Counted from the stretch's first letter, positions 35,556 through 42,797 are shown. The stretch is 50,120 nt of DNA from a virus (IMGVR_UViG_3300006052_000001); one strand, 5' to 3'. Made by a program: numbers and translations. Notes: generated by a model from the sequence alone, not told the origin.

Positions 35556-35818
35556 TAGGCTGGCTTATTGACGTAGTAAGAGATGTCGAAGACGCTCTCA
35601 CTACAGTAGAAGCATACAGAAGAGTACTTGTAGCTGAAACTAAGAATCCTAATTTTCAGCGAGAGTTAAACGCTTACAAGAGCATGATCAGAGCAAGCGA
35701 AACGCTAAAAAGCGTTCGTGATATGACACCAGAACAATACGCAATAAAAAGAAAGGTATTGATTAACAATGCCAGAAGTTCCACTATTAGGTTCGACAAC
35801 AGCAACGACTACAGATGA
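35552..35818 (+). CDS. Hypothetical helical protein
   Basis: ATGA overlap. Confidence 0.55.
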   Translation: MIGWLIDVVRDVEDALTTVEAYRRVLVAETKNPNFQRELNAYKSMIRASETLKSVRDMTPEQYAIKRKVLINNARSSTIRFDNSNDYR

Positions 35819-36101
35819 GACTCCGTTTGTAGAAGCAGTGACAGCCTTCTTGGTTTACAAGAGGCAAGACGGTCTGTATGCTATCAGCACAGACATTAAT
35901 ATTCCTATTACTGTTGAGCGCGCTCCATCTCCTGATGAGCTATGGCAGGCAGTTGCCAAGATTAAGAAGGATATCGAGATGCAGGAAACTGCTATGACAA
36001 CAGCACAGATTACCGTGCAGGCTCAGATGCAGATGGCCCATCAGATGAGAGAAGCACAGCAGAATCAGCAGCTTATCGGCTCTCTAGGAAATATTAAGTA
36101 A
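35769..36101 (+). CDS. Hypothetical protein with Gln-rich coiled C-terminus
   Basis: Packing; Q/M-rich tail. Confidence 0.6.
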   Translation: MPEVPLLGSTTATTTDETPFVEAVTAFLVYKRQDGLYAISTDINIPITVERAPSPDELWQAVAKIKKDIEMQETAMTTAQITVQAQMQMAHQMREAQQNQQLIGSLGNIK

Positions 36102-36102
36102 C

Positions 36103-36600
36103 ATGGCTAGAAGTTCTGCGGTAATCACCATCCCTGGCGTACTGCAAAAACTAGTTACGGCAGCACCAATTCCAGTAGGTATTCAGCTTTACAATGGTCT
36201 GGCTGAGACATTCAATCTATTACTCGTAACAGATGACAGTCAAGAAAAGACAGATTACTGGCTAAAGCTGGAAAATCTTAACAGACATGGAACGGTGTTG
36301 TATGGGGATTCTACCGGAAAAGCGCAGGGGAGTAACCGCGTTAAGCAGATTAATACTCTCCGCTCTAGGGGCTTTGCCCTTGACCTTGTGGTTGAGCCAG
36401 ACCCTAAGATTGCCGCAGAACTCCTACGTAGTGGATATAATGTATGCAATTTTCTTCATTCTGCTTATGCTTATCCTACGTGGCGTCCTGACTTTGAAGG
36501 CAAAGAAAAACGATGGGAAGAAATAGCTACGCAAGTAGAAATAGACAGGGCAGTAAGAGCAGGCGATGTACGAATTGAAGATTTGTGGGAACACGCATGA
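36103..36600 (+). CDS. Degenerate HAD-like fold protein (putative)
   Basis: Rossmannoid pattern, LLLVTD, LVVEPDP..AA.LL..G, similar layout to 10508..10960. Confidence 0.45.
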   Translation: MARSSAVITIPGVLQKLVTAAPIPVGIQLYNGLAETFNLLLVTDDSQEKTDYWLKLENLNRHGTVLYGDSTGKAQGSNRVKQINTLRSRGFALDLVVEPDPKIAAELLRSGYNVCNFLHSAYAYPTWRPDFEGKEKRWEEIATQVEIDRAVRAGDVRIEDLWEHA

Positions 36601-37928
36601 GGCTGTATTTTGGCGGTACTGAAGTAAAAATGTGGAGAGACTTGCTAACGGAGCAAAAAGTTCCTGATGTAGCTCTTTCCTATATAGGTCTTCTCAGGAG
36701 GAATAAAGGCAATGTCAACATTACAAACACTTGGTCAATTAGTGAACATTATGACCGCTCGCACCACATTTTTCTGGACTCGGGAGCCTACACTCTTAAC
36801 AAAGAAGGATCAGAATACACAAGAGAGCAAGCCGAAGAATTAGCCGCTGACTATATGACATTCGTGTCATTCAATAAAGACAGTGTTGACCTAATTTCCG
36901 AGTTTGACGCTCAGATTCTCGGCTATGACTATATAAAGATGATGAGGGATGCGTTCTACGATGATTTGCCTCCCGATAAGTTTATGCCTATCTGGCACGC
37001 AGAATACGGACTTGAAGAACTGGAACGTCTATGCTCAGCCTACTCTATTGTGGGCATTACATCAACGGACATGGGCGATAAATCCCTTATCCCAACACTC
37101 AATGGCTATGTGCAACGTTACGGCGTAAGACTACACGGTGTTGCAATTACCGGCCGAAAGCTGCTATTGGAAGTTCGGTGGGATTCCGTAGCTTCTATGT
37201 CCTGGCTGTCACCATCTAGATTTGGTGACACTATTGTATGGACTGGAAGCGAGCTAAAGCGTTACCCGAAGGATTATAAGGATCGTGCCAGGAAGCAGCA
37301 CTCAGGATACCTGAGAAATCAGGGATTCGATATTGACAAGATTCAGGCCGATGACAGCAGGGAAATTCTTAAGCTCTCCCTTTGGTCATGGGGCAAGTAT
37401 ATTGAATATCTTGACCGTCACGGAGTTACTAACGTACCACGGAACGAAACACCCGTTTTTGCGGAAAGTAGTGGTGTTGCAGTTGCTACGCAAGGGGGTC
37501 AGGAGCGGAACGAACACTTGCTACCCGCTGTACCAGAAACAGATACTTTTGAGGCTGTTGTACGACAGCAAAGTGTTGCTGTAAGGCCACCAGAATCAAA
37601 AAAGGCACTACATTCTGCCCTTATTGACTTGCAAGCTCAGAGAGTTGCAGCACTTAAGAGAATTGAGGATCAGGAGGGCGGATATGCTGATATTAACCTT
37701 TCAAGTGAGATTGACAGGCTAAATCGGCTAATTAAGACCGGAAATGAGATGGAAAAGCAGAGTTTCAGTCTTAAGATCGAAGCTAGCGCACCTTCTGGTG
37801 AAGGGTTCATGTCAACCATGTTCGGCTCTAATGTTGGTGAGAAATTGACAAGCCCGGCGACCAAGGTGGTAGCTGAGCAAATAGTAGAAACAGAAGAAAT
37901 ACATGAGGCAGAGCTAGTAGATGAGTAA
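36597..37928 (+). CDS. TGT-like (tRNA-guanine transglycosylase fold) protein with C-terminal helical domain
   Basis: LYFGG, IFLDSGAYT, EFD, FMPIWH, LHGVAI, DSVASMSW elements typical of phage TGT-like/aGPT-Pplase2-type TIM barrels. Confidence 0.65.
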   Translation: MRLYFGGTEVKMWRDLLTEQKVPDVALSYIGLLRRNKGNVNITNTWSISEHYDRSHHIFLDSGAYTLNKEGSEYTREQAEELAADYMTFVSFNKDSVDLISEFDAQILGYDYIKMMRDAFYDDLPPDKFMPIWHAEYGLEELERLCSAYSIVGITSTDMGDKSLIPTLNGYVQRYGVRLHGVAITGRKLLLEVRWDSVASMSWLSPSRFGDTIVWTGSELKRYPKDYKDRARKQHSGYLRNQGFDIDKIQADDSREILKLSLWSWGKYIEYLDRHGVTNVPRNETPVFAESSGVAVATQGGQERNEHLLPAVPETDTFEAVVRQQSVAVRPPESKKALHSALIDLQAQRVAALKRIEDQEGGYADINLSSEIDRLNRLIKTGNEMEKQSFSLKIEASAPSGEGFMSTMFGSNVGEKLTSPATKVVAEQIVETEEIHEAELVDE

Positions 37929-38124
37929 CTACGAAGATGCTGTAATCAGCGGAGATAGTCTGTTATCAAACTACGCTGATTATTACGAGGAATGGGACGA
38001 CTCGGAAGAGGAAATTTGCGGGGAATGCTACGGAACCGGCATGGACAGAGACGAGTTGTACGAATGTCCGAATTGTGCCGGTGAGGGCGTTATGTTCGTG
38101 ATTGAGCGGAAAATCCCTAGGTAG
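37921..38124 (+). CDS. DnaJ-type CxxCxGxG zinc-finger protein
   Basis: CGECYGTG and CPNCAGEG. Confidence 0.7.
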   Translation: MSNYEDAVISGDSLLSNYADYYEEWDDSEEEICGECYGTGMDRDELYECPNCAGEGVMFVIERKIPR

Positions 38125-38130
38125 AAACTC

Positions 38131-38159
38131 TTGACAGGCTGGTCTGCATAGTGTAGCCT
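38131..38159 (+). promoter_or_regulatory. Promoter TTGACA-N17-TAGCCT
   Basis: Exact -35, 17-nt spacer, intergenic, followed by AGGAGG RBS. Confidence 0.7.
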
Positions 38160-38191
38160 AGGTTTACTAGGCCCGCAACCCAGGAGGCAAA

Positions 38192-38515
38192 ATGTCAACA
38201 CTTGTAGATGACGAATACCCAGTAGACGCAACGCTGGACTCGAACGATACTAACGAGAATCTGGAAAACCCAGAGCAGGGATGTCCAGAGGATTGCTGCC
38301 ATTGCACGCCGGTCAGGCTTACTCTCTGGTTCGCAAATAAGTACTCAGAAAACATCCTCTCTTGCTCATGCCAGTACGAAATTCTGCTGAATGAGGTAAC
38401 CGAAGATGGTTGCGCCTGGTTCGTTCTTGGTGGCGCTAACACTACTACTGGAAAGTACATGGAAATTTCATTCCACACTACAGATGTAGTGTGCGTTAGG
38501 GCCGAGTACCTTTAA
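38192..38515 (+). CDS. Cys-containing hypothetical protein
   Basis: AGGAGG RBS; CPEDCCHC, CSC. Confidence 0.65.
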   Translation: MSTLVDDEYPVDATLDSNDTNENLENPEQGCPEDCCHCTPVRLTLWFANKYSENILSCSCQYEILLNEVTEDGCAWFVLGGANTTTGKYMEISFHTTDVVCVRAEYL

Positions 38516-38844
38516 TGGCTAGGGCAGAGGGGCGTTTCCTTACAGAATTGCGGCGTAGTAATGCGTCAGGTTCTCATGGGAAACGCCCTTCTGACCGTTA
38601 CAACAGCTTGCGTAAAACAATAGAACAAGAACTTGCATTGGAGGAATGTATGACATCTCTTGACCCAATTTTCAGGGAGCCAAATGGTCTTGATGACTTT
38701 GATGGACCTTCCCCTACTGACATTCTTGATATCGAAGCTGACCTTGATTATGATGACATTATCAGGGAGCTAGAAATTGATGACTACGAAATCATCATTG
38801 ATGATGACGGATACGATTACCCAATGGATGACGATGATTTGTAA
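38515..38844 (+). CDS. Protein with extremely acidic C-terminus
   Basis: Basic N-terminus, Asp-rich tail; possible DNA mimic, unproven. Confidence 0.6.
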   Translation: MARAEGRFLTELRRSNASGSHGKRPSDRYNSLRKTIEQELALEECMTSLDPIFREPNGLDDFDGPSPTDILDIEADLDYDDIIRELEIDDYEIIIDDDGYDYPMDDDDL

Positions 38845-39007
38845 AAGTTGCAGAGAAGGCGGGCAACTGCTCTCGATGAGCAGGAACGGCGATAAGCCGC
38901 CTGCCAGTAAGATACTAAAGATAATTAAGGCACTCCACAAGGAGTGTTCTGACTGTGATTGTCAGCATAAGACAAGCAGGGTTCTAGCCCTGTTCTCCGA
39001 TAAATAA
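38834..39007 (+). CDS. Small zinc-binding protein
   Basis: ATG 38834 overlaps previous gene; CKSC...H..C..CDCQH. Confidence 0.6.
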   Translation: MICKSCREGGQLLSMSRNGDKPPASKILKIIKALHKECSDCDCQHKTSRVLALFSDK

Positions 39008-39074
39008 TATATACTAGAAATCTGACGCGCTTTCGATAACTGCTCTTTATTACTGAGCAGGGAAAGAGGTCTAA

Positions 39075-40022
39075 ATGAATAATAGTAGAAAATTTGCAGT
39101 AGTAGCACTCTCGGTGAGCCTGGTTCTTTCAGCTTTGATGCTTTTTGCGCCAGCTAGTGCAACACCGAACGTAGCGGATAAGTTTTCCGGTTCTACTGTG
39201 ACTTCAAGTTCTTCGGCAGATGATGTTCCCATAAACAGGAGCCTGAGTTTCAGGCTCTATACCGGAAATTACATTACTGCCATTGCGAAGGCACACGCAC
39301 CGAAAATCGTTATCCATCACACAGCAGCACCAGCACCAATTGCATCACCTACGCACGTTCCCACAACTAATAATCAGGGACAGTTGTTCAGCTATTCTGA
39401 GCTAGAGTCTCTGTGGGTTAGCCAGGGTGGAAACCCGGCTCATAAGGCACACGCAGCTTGTATTGCGGAGCATGAGTCTGGTGGTAAGTCGTGGGTTATT
39501 TCACCGACAGATGATTGGGGATTGTGGCAGATTCACGCAGGCGGTTACGCTATGCTGAATCCGCAGGCAAATGCCCGTAGAGCAATCGCAATGTCGGGCA
39601 ATGGTACTAATTGGTCACCTTGGAGTACAGCAGGTTATTGCGTTGCCGTTACCGATAGTATAGGAGAGAAAATCGTTAACACAGCAAAGCAGTTTATCGG
39701 CTGTCCTTATGTCTGGGGTGGCACTGGACCATGTAATGCGGGCTTTGATTGCTCAGGACTTGTTTATACGTCTTTGCATATTCTGGGGGATTACAATATC
39801 CCCCGAGTTGCAGCAGATCAGCAGGCTTGGGCAATGTCGATTAGTGCGAATGAGCTACAGCCGGGCGATCTAGTTTTCTACGGATATCCAGCACACCATG
39901 TTGCGATTTACGTAGGAAATGGGATGACACTTCAAGCCCCAGATTGGGGAATGGATGTGAGCTATCATCCTATCGACTGGGCTGGTCAGCCATCTAGCTA
40001 CGGAAGAATTACCTCCCTGTAA
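39075..40022 (+). CDS. Secreted cell-wall hydrolase: signal peptide + lysozyme-like transglycosylase + NlpC/P60
   Basis: MNNSRK + hydrophobic core + ASA cleavage site; CIAEHESGG...GLWQI...NA..A...GTNWSPW; IGCPYVWGG...FDCSGLV...PGDLVFY...HHVAIYVG. Confidence 0.9.
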   Translation: MNNSRKFAVVALSVSLVLSALMLFAPASATPNVADKFSGSTVTSSSSADDVPINRSLSFRLYTGNYITAIAKAHAPKIVIHHTAAPAPIASPTHVPTTNNQGQLFSYSELESLWVSQGGNPAHKAHAACIAEHESGGKSWVISPTDDWGLWQIHAGGYAMLNPQANARRAIAMSGNGTNWSPWSTAGYCVAVTDSIGEKIVNTAKQFIGCPYVWGGTGPCNAGFDCSGLVYTSLHILGDYNIPRVAADQQAWAMSISANELQPGDLVFYGYPAHHVAIYVGNGMTLQAPDWGMDVSYHPIDWAGQPSSYGRITSL

Positions 40023-40132
40023 AGGGAGAAACATCTAAGAAAGACTTAGATAACTTGCGCGTCAAAGGATTTACGACTGGCAGGGAGTACGGCCAAGATG
40101 ACTGTACTCCCTGCCCTGGATATCGGAGTAAA

Positions 40133-40675
40133 ATGGAATACAACGTTGGCGATTACGTATGTGTGAATATCAAAGGTCACACTCCCTGGGGTTGGTTTAT
40201 AGCTCAGGCTATTAAGCATTTTACCCATTCTGAATATGATCATGCTTTCGTTATTGTTGGGGCAGACGGCACCATTGTAGAAGCTAAGCCTACTGGTGCC
40301 GAGGTATCTAATATAACTGAATACGCCGGAATGGATATGAAGTTCTATACGTACCCTATTCCCGGCAAAATGAGAAAAGCCATCGCTGATAATGCGCGTG
40401 GCTTTGTCGGCGTTAAATATGGTTTTCTGGATATTGTGTATCTAGGACTCACAGCAAATGGGCTGAAGTTTAAATGGCTTCTTAAGAAGGTTCTGAGAGA
40501 AGATAGAATGATTTGCTCTCAGCTAGTAGCAACATCGGGTGTAAAAGCAGGAACAAGACTATGGCTGTGCGGAAAAGCAGACCCTCAGCTAGTAACACCC
40601 GCCGATCTTGCTAAACTAGCGGATCAATACACATTGGAATCTTCACATGCATATATACGAGAGGAAGCCAACTAA
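40133..40675 (+). CDS. Permuted papain-like NlpC/P60 amidase (YaeF/YiiX-like)
   Basis: Catalytic His (YDHAF..VG...IVEA) precedes Cys (ICSQLVA); G..YG; ends TPADL. Confidence 0.75.
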   Translation: MEYNVGDYVCVNIKGHTPWGWFIAQAIKHFTHSEYDHAFVIVGADGTIVEAKPTGAEVSNITEYAGMDMKFYTYPIPGKMRKAIADNARGFVGVKYGFLDIVYLGLTANGLKFKWLLKKVLREDRMICSQLVATSGVKAGTRLWLCGKADPQLVTPADLAKLADQYTLESSHAYIREEAN

Positions 40676-41132
40676 AGGCGCAGTAAAGACTGCTGACGTA
40701 CACGCAGCAAAACTTAACGGGCACTCTAGCTGGTATCAGAAGTTAAATACAAAACTAGCTGTTAAAATCAGCAAGTCCGTAGGTTCTATGACTTGCGCTT
40801 ATATTTTCGCGTGCATCGCGCTTATAAGCCTTCCTGCCGCTCTGGCAACACATAATCTTATCGTTATTGTCTCCTGGGTAGCTCAGACCTTCTTGCAGCT
40901 AGTTCTGCTATCTGTGATTATGGTTGGGCAGGACGTTGGAGCGCAAGCAGGAGAAATGCGCTCAGAGCAAACTGAGTCTAACACAGAGGCTATTCTCCAT
41001 ACTGGTGAGCATATCGTTTCACAGGGCGATACAGCTATTGCCCAGAACGAGAAAATGATCGCGCAGAATGAGGCTATCCTGGCTCAGAATGAGCTACTTC
41101 TAGCTAAGGTTTCAGGCAATGCATCTGCCTAG
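40647..41132 (+). CDS. Membrane protein, DUF1003-like
   Basis: I...VGSM.CAYIF...SW..QTFLQLVLLSVIMVGQ, then coiled tail. Confidence 0.6.
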   Translation: MHIYERKPTKGAVKTADVHAAKLNGHSSWYQKLNTKLAVKISKSVGSMTCAYIFACIALISLPAALATHNLIVIVSWVAQTFLQLVLLSVIMVGQDVGAQAGEMRSEQTESNTEAILHTGEHIVSQGDTAIAQNEKMIAQNEAILAQNELLLAKVSGNASA

Positions 41133-41361
41133 CTGGATGGACCTTTCAACGTGGGAAGACTTATGGACAGCTTTTGTTGTTACAGCACTTTTCACAATAC
41201 CAGCAGTTATCGCGTCGCATCTGCGGACAAATAAGAAGATGAATAAGCACCAGGCATCTATGACAGACTTGCTCGATCCCACCACACCGGGCGGATTGGG
41301 CGAAATCGGACATCTGAAAAATTCTCCCGAACCTCTTGACAACGAGGCTGAGCTAGGGTAG
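41119..41361 (+). CDS. Small membrane protein
   Basis: One TM helix; overlaps previous gene. Confidence 0.5.
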   Translation: MHLPSWMDLSTWEDLWTAFVVTALFTIPAVIASHLRTNKKMNKHQASMTDLLDPTTPGGLGEIGHLKNSPEPLDNEAELG

Positions 41362-41364
41362 TGT
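41336..41364 (+). promoter_or_regulatory. Promoter TTGACA-N17-TAGTGT
   Basis: Exact -35, 17-nt spacer, A-tract (GAAAAATT) upstream; would drive the Cys-peptide/ncRNA cluster. Confidence 0.7.
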
Positions 41365-41405
41365 ACTTATCAGACGGCCCGCTGGTCGTGACGAAAGGAA
41401 GTCCG

Positions 41406-41504
41406 ATGGAAGATGATTGCGTGCCTTGCTCTCTGGGAAACTGCTCTGAATGTTTTGGCGGGGATTGTACCTGCGGCCATAACAAACCGAAATCCAAGAG
41501 CTAA
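41406..41504 (+). CDS. Cys-rich metallothionein-like peptide (32 aa, 6 Cys + His), not in ORF track
   Basis: Hand translation MEDDCVPCSLGNCSECFGGDCTCGHNKPKSKS; AAAGGAAG RBS. Confidence 0.6.
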   Translation: MEDDCVPCSLGNCSECFGGDCTCGHNKPKSKS

Positions 41505-41596
41505 AAAGGCAGGTTGCTTGTTGCCAAAACAAGGTCGGTACTGAGAGTATAAAATTGGACCAGAAAACTGCTGACAGACTACTCAGTGCGATTTTT

Positions 41597-41721
41597 GCTC
41601 ATCTAATGTAGTACTAAACCACCGCATCAATGCCCAGTGCTAGCAAAGGGTAGAGTAATGCAATTAGTCTTTTGTCACAACGGCTAAGTGGTTAGTCCGG
41701 GTGCAACTCCTGGGGTGAGAG
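41597..41721 (+). ncRNA. Weak tRNA-like element (T-arm plus possible acceptor stem, oversized interior)
   Basis: CCGGG-TGCAACT-CCTGG T-arm (41697-41713) followed by GGTGAG, which can pair with CTCATC at 41598-41603. Confidence 0.35.
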
Positions 41722-41769
41722 GGATTGCAGAACTGACAAGCTGGCGAATCCCACTATAAATTACGAGCG

Positions 41770-41805
41770 CCCCTTATATATGGCTCGATATGAGTAAGGG
41801 AACCA
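41770..41805 (+). ncRNA. Possible acceptor-minihelix ending in ACCA
   Basis: CCCCTTA/TAAGGGA stem (C.A top mismatch), inner hairpin with GGCTCG loop, then A-CCA. Confidence 0.25.
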
Positions 41806-41829
41806 AGGGCATACAAAACCTTATTCCAA

Positions 41830-41969
41830 ACCGGCATACGCAAGCGGGATAGCGGCCGATTTTTGTCGGTGGGTCAAAACCTGAAGCGGCTAGTTGCAAA
41901 TAGCAGCGGTCCTAGTAACGTTCATGGACTAAGGTTTTTGCTGTGCAGGTTCGAGTCCTGCTGCCGGTA
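41830..41969 (+). ncRNA. Non-canonical tRNA-like RNA (140 nt): tRNA-Gln-like D-arm, shrunken anticodon loop, ~70-nt insertion in variable region
   Basis: Perfect acceptor ACCGGCA/TGCCGGT, TA linker, D-arm CGC-AAGCGGGATA-GCG, stem GCCGA/TCGGT around TTTTTG, canonical T-arm GCAGG-TTCGAGT-CCTGC; no encoded CCA. Confidence 0.7.
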
Positions 41970-41983
41970 CTCAGCACTACATT

Positions 41984-42181
41984 ATGGAGGTTACATTGAA
42001 GGCTGGAACAAGAGTCAAGCTTAGGACAGAAAACGCTCAGACAGGTGTTGTCACTAAGCTACTCAAAGATGGTGGGTTCAAAGTCACTTTCGATGCGACT
42101 AAGGATGAAAATGGCAGAAAGGTTCCTGGTGGAAAATTCTTCTACCGGAAATCACAATCTGAAGGTTTTATCTTCAGCTAA
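41984..42181 (+). CDS. Small SH3/KOW-like basic protein
   Basis: GTRVKL...TGVVTKL...FKVTFD. Confidence 0.6.
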   Translation: MEVTLKAGTRVKLRTENAQTGVVTKLLKDGGFKVTFDATKDENGRKVPGGKFFYRKSQSEGFIFS

Positions 42182-42190
42182 GGAGAAAAT

Positions 42191-42406
42191 ATGACAAAGA
42201 AGTACAATGTCAAAGTACAAGCTCTGGGCCAGACGTGTAATATTTTGGTTCCTGCTACTAGCGAAATCGCAGCGGCTTTCGCGGCTGGTCAGATTTCAAT
42301 TGCTGATGGCGGATGGGGTGACAAGGATTTCACAGGTGGTGGCGTAGGAAAACTTTCGTCAGCGTTCTTTGAACTGTACGAGATTGACGTTACCCCAAAG
42401 GATTAA
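42191..42406 (+). CDS. Hypothetical protein
   Basis: AAGGAG RBS. Confidence 0.65.
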   Translation: MTKKYNVKVQALGQTCNILVPATSEIAAAFAAGQISIADGGWGDKDFTGGGVGKLSSAFFELYEIDVTPKD

Positions 42407-42415
42407 TTAAGACCC

Positions 42416-42602
42416 GCTTGTGCAAGGTGCTATTCTCTGAGTCTAGACTAAGAGAATATGAGGGGGGAGTAAAATCCCTAAGTGCAAATCCCTCAGCAAG
42501 CGCTGGCAGAAATGCCATAGCCTGACAGAAGTAATTAAGTCTGCGTAGGCGGCTTAATGAAAATGTTAGAGGTCTGGGATTGATGCATAAATCCGCGAGG
42601 CC
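42416..42602 (+). ncRNA. Candidate structured ncRNA (multi-helix, T-loop-like motifs, possible H-type pseudoknot)
   Basis: GCTTG/CAAGC, TATTCTCT/AGAGAATA, GAGGG/CCCTC, GGGA/TCCC, TGGCA-GAAA-TGCCA, GCCT..CAGA/TCTG..AGGC, loop ATTAAG pairing with CTTAAT, GGATT/AATCC. Confidence 0.5.
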
Positions 42603-42625
42603 ACACACTAGAACTTGGAGGTTAG

Positions 42626-42769
42626 ATGGCAAAAGGTAAGAAAAACAAAGACAAGCCAGCCAAGATTCGTTATTGGGCAGAGGATCATCGCGGACGAAAC
42701 AAGAGGCGACGAATTGCCCGCTGTAATGGTCCTGACTATCTAGCCTGGTGGGAAAAGAACTACGGTTAA
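42626..42769 (+). CDS. Small basic protein (47 aa, MAKGKKNKDK...), not in ORF track
   Basis: GGAGG RBS; hand translation. Confidence 0.65.
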   Translation: MAKGKKNKDKPAKIRYWAEDHRGRNKRRRIARCNGPDYLAWWEKNYG

Positions 42770-42797
42770 AGCTTTCATGTTGCCTCCTTAGAAAACA

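Noticed and set aside
38845-39074. c-di-AMP (ydaO) riboswitch upstream of the secreted hydrolase
   Set aside because: Plausible by analogy to actinobacterial rpf genes, but the conserved GCTGAA/GGGGAA/CCCGAA blocks are not there and most of the gap is a small ORF
41597-42501. Canonical or amber/opal suppressor tRNAs (CTA at ~41640 and ~42443, TCA at ~41665, GCA at ~41896)
   Set aside because: None of these triplets sits in a 7-nt loop on a 5-bp stem at the correct cloverleaf position
41597-42602. tmRNA or group I intron
   Set aside because: No GGGG 5' end or G3.U70 pair, elements too short, no tag ORF and no recognisable group I P/Q/R/S core
42416-42602. Cobalamin or FMN riboswitch
   Set aside because: Only isolated T-loop-like words match (GTGCAAATCC; GGGAGTAAAATCCC); the surrounding conserved cores are absent and no matching metabolic gene follows
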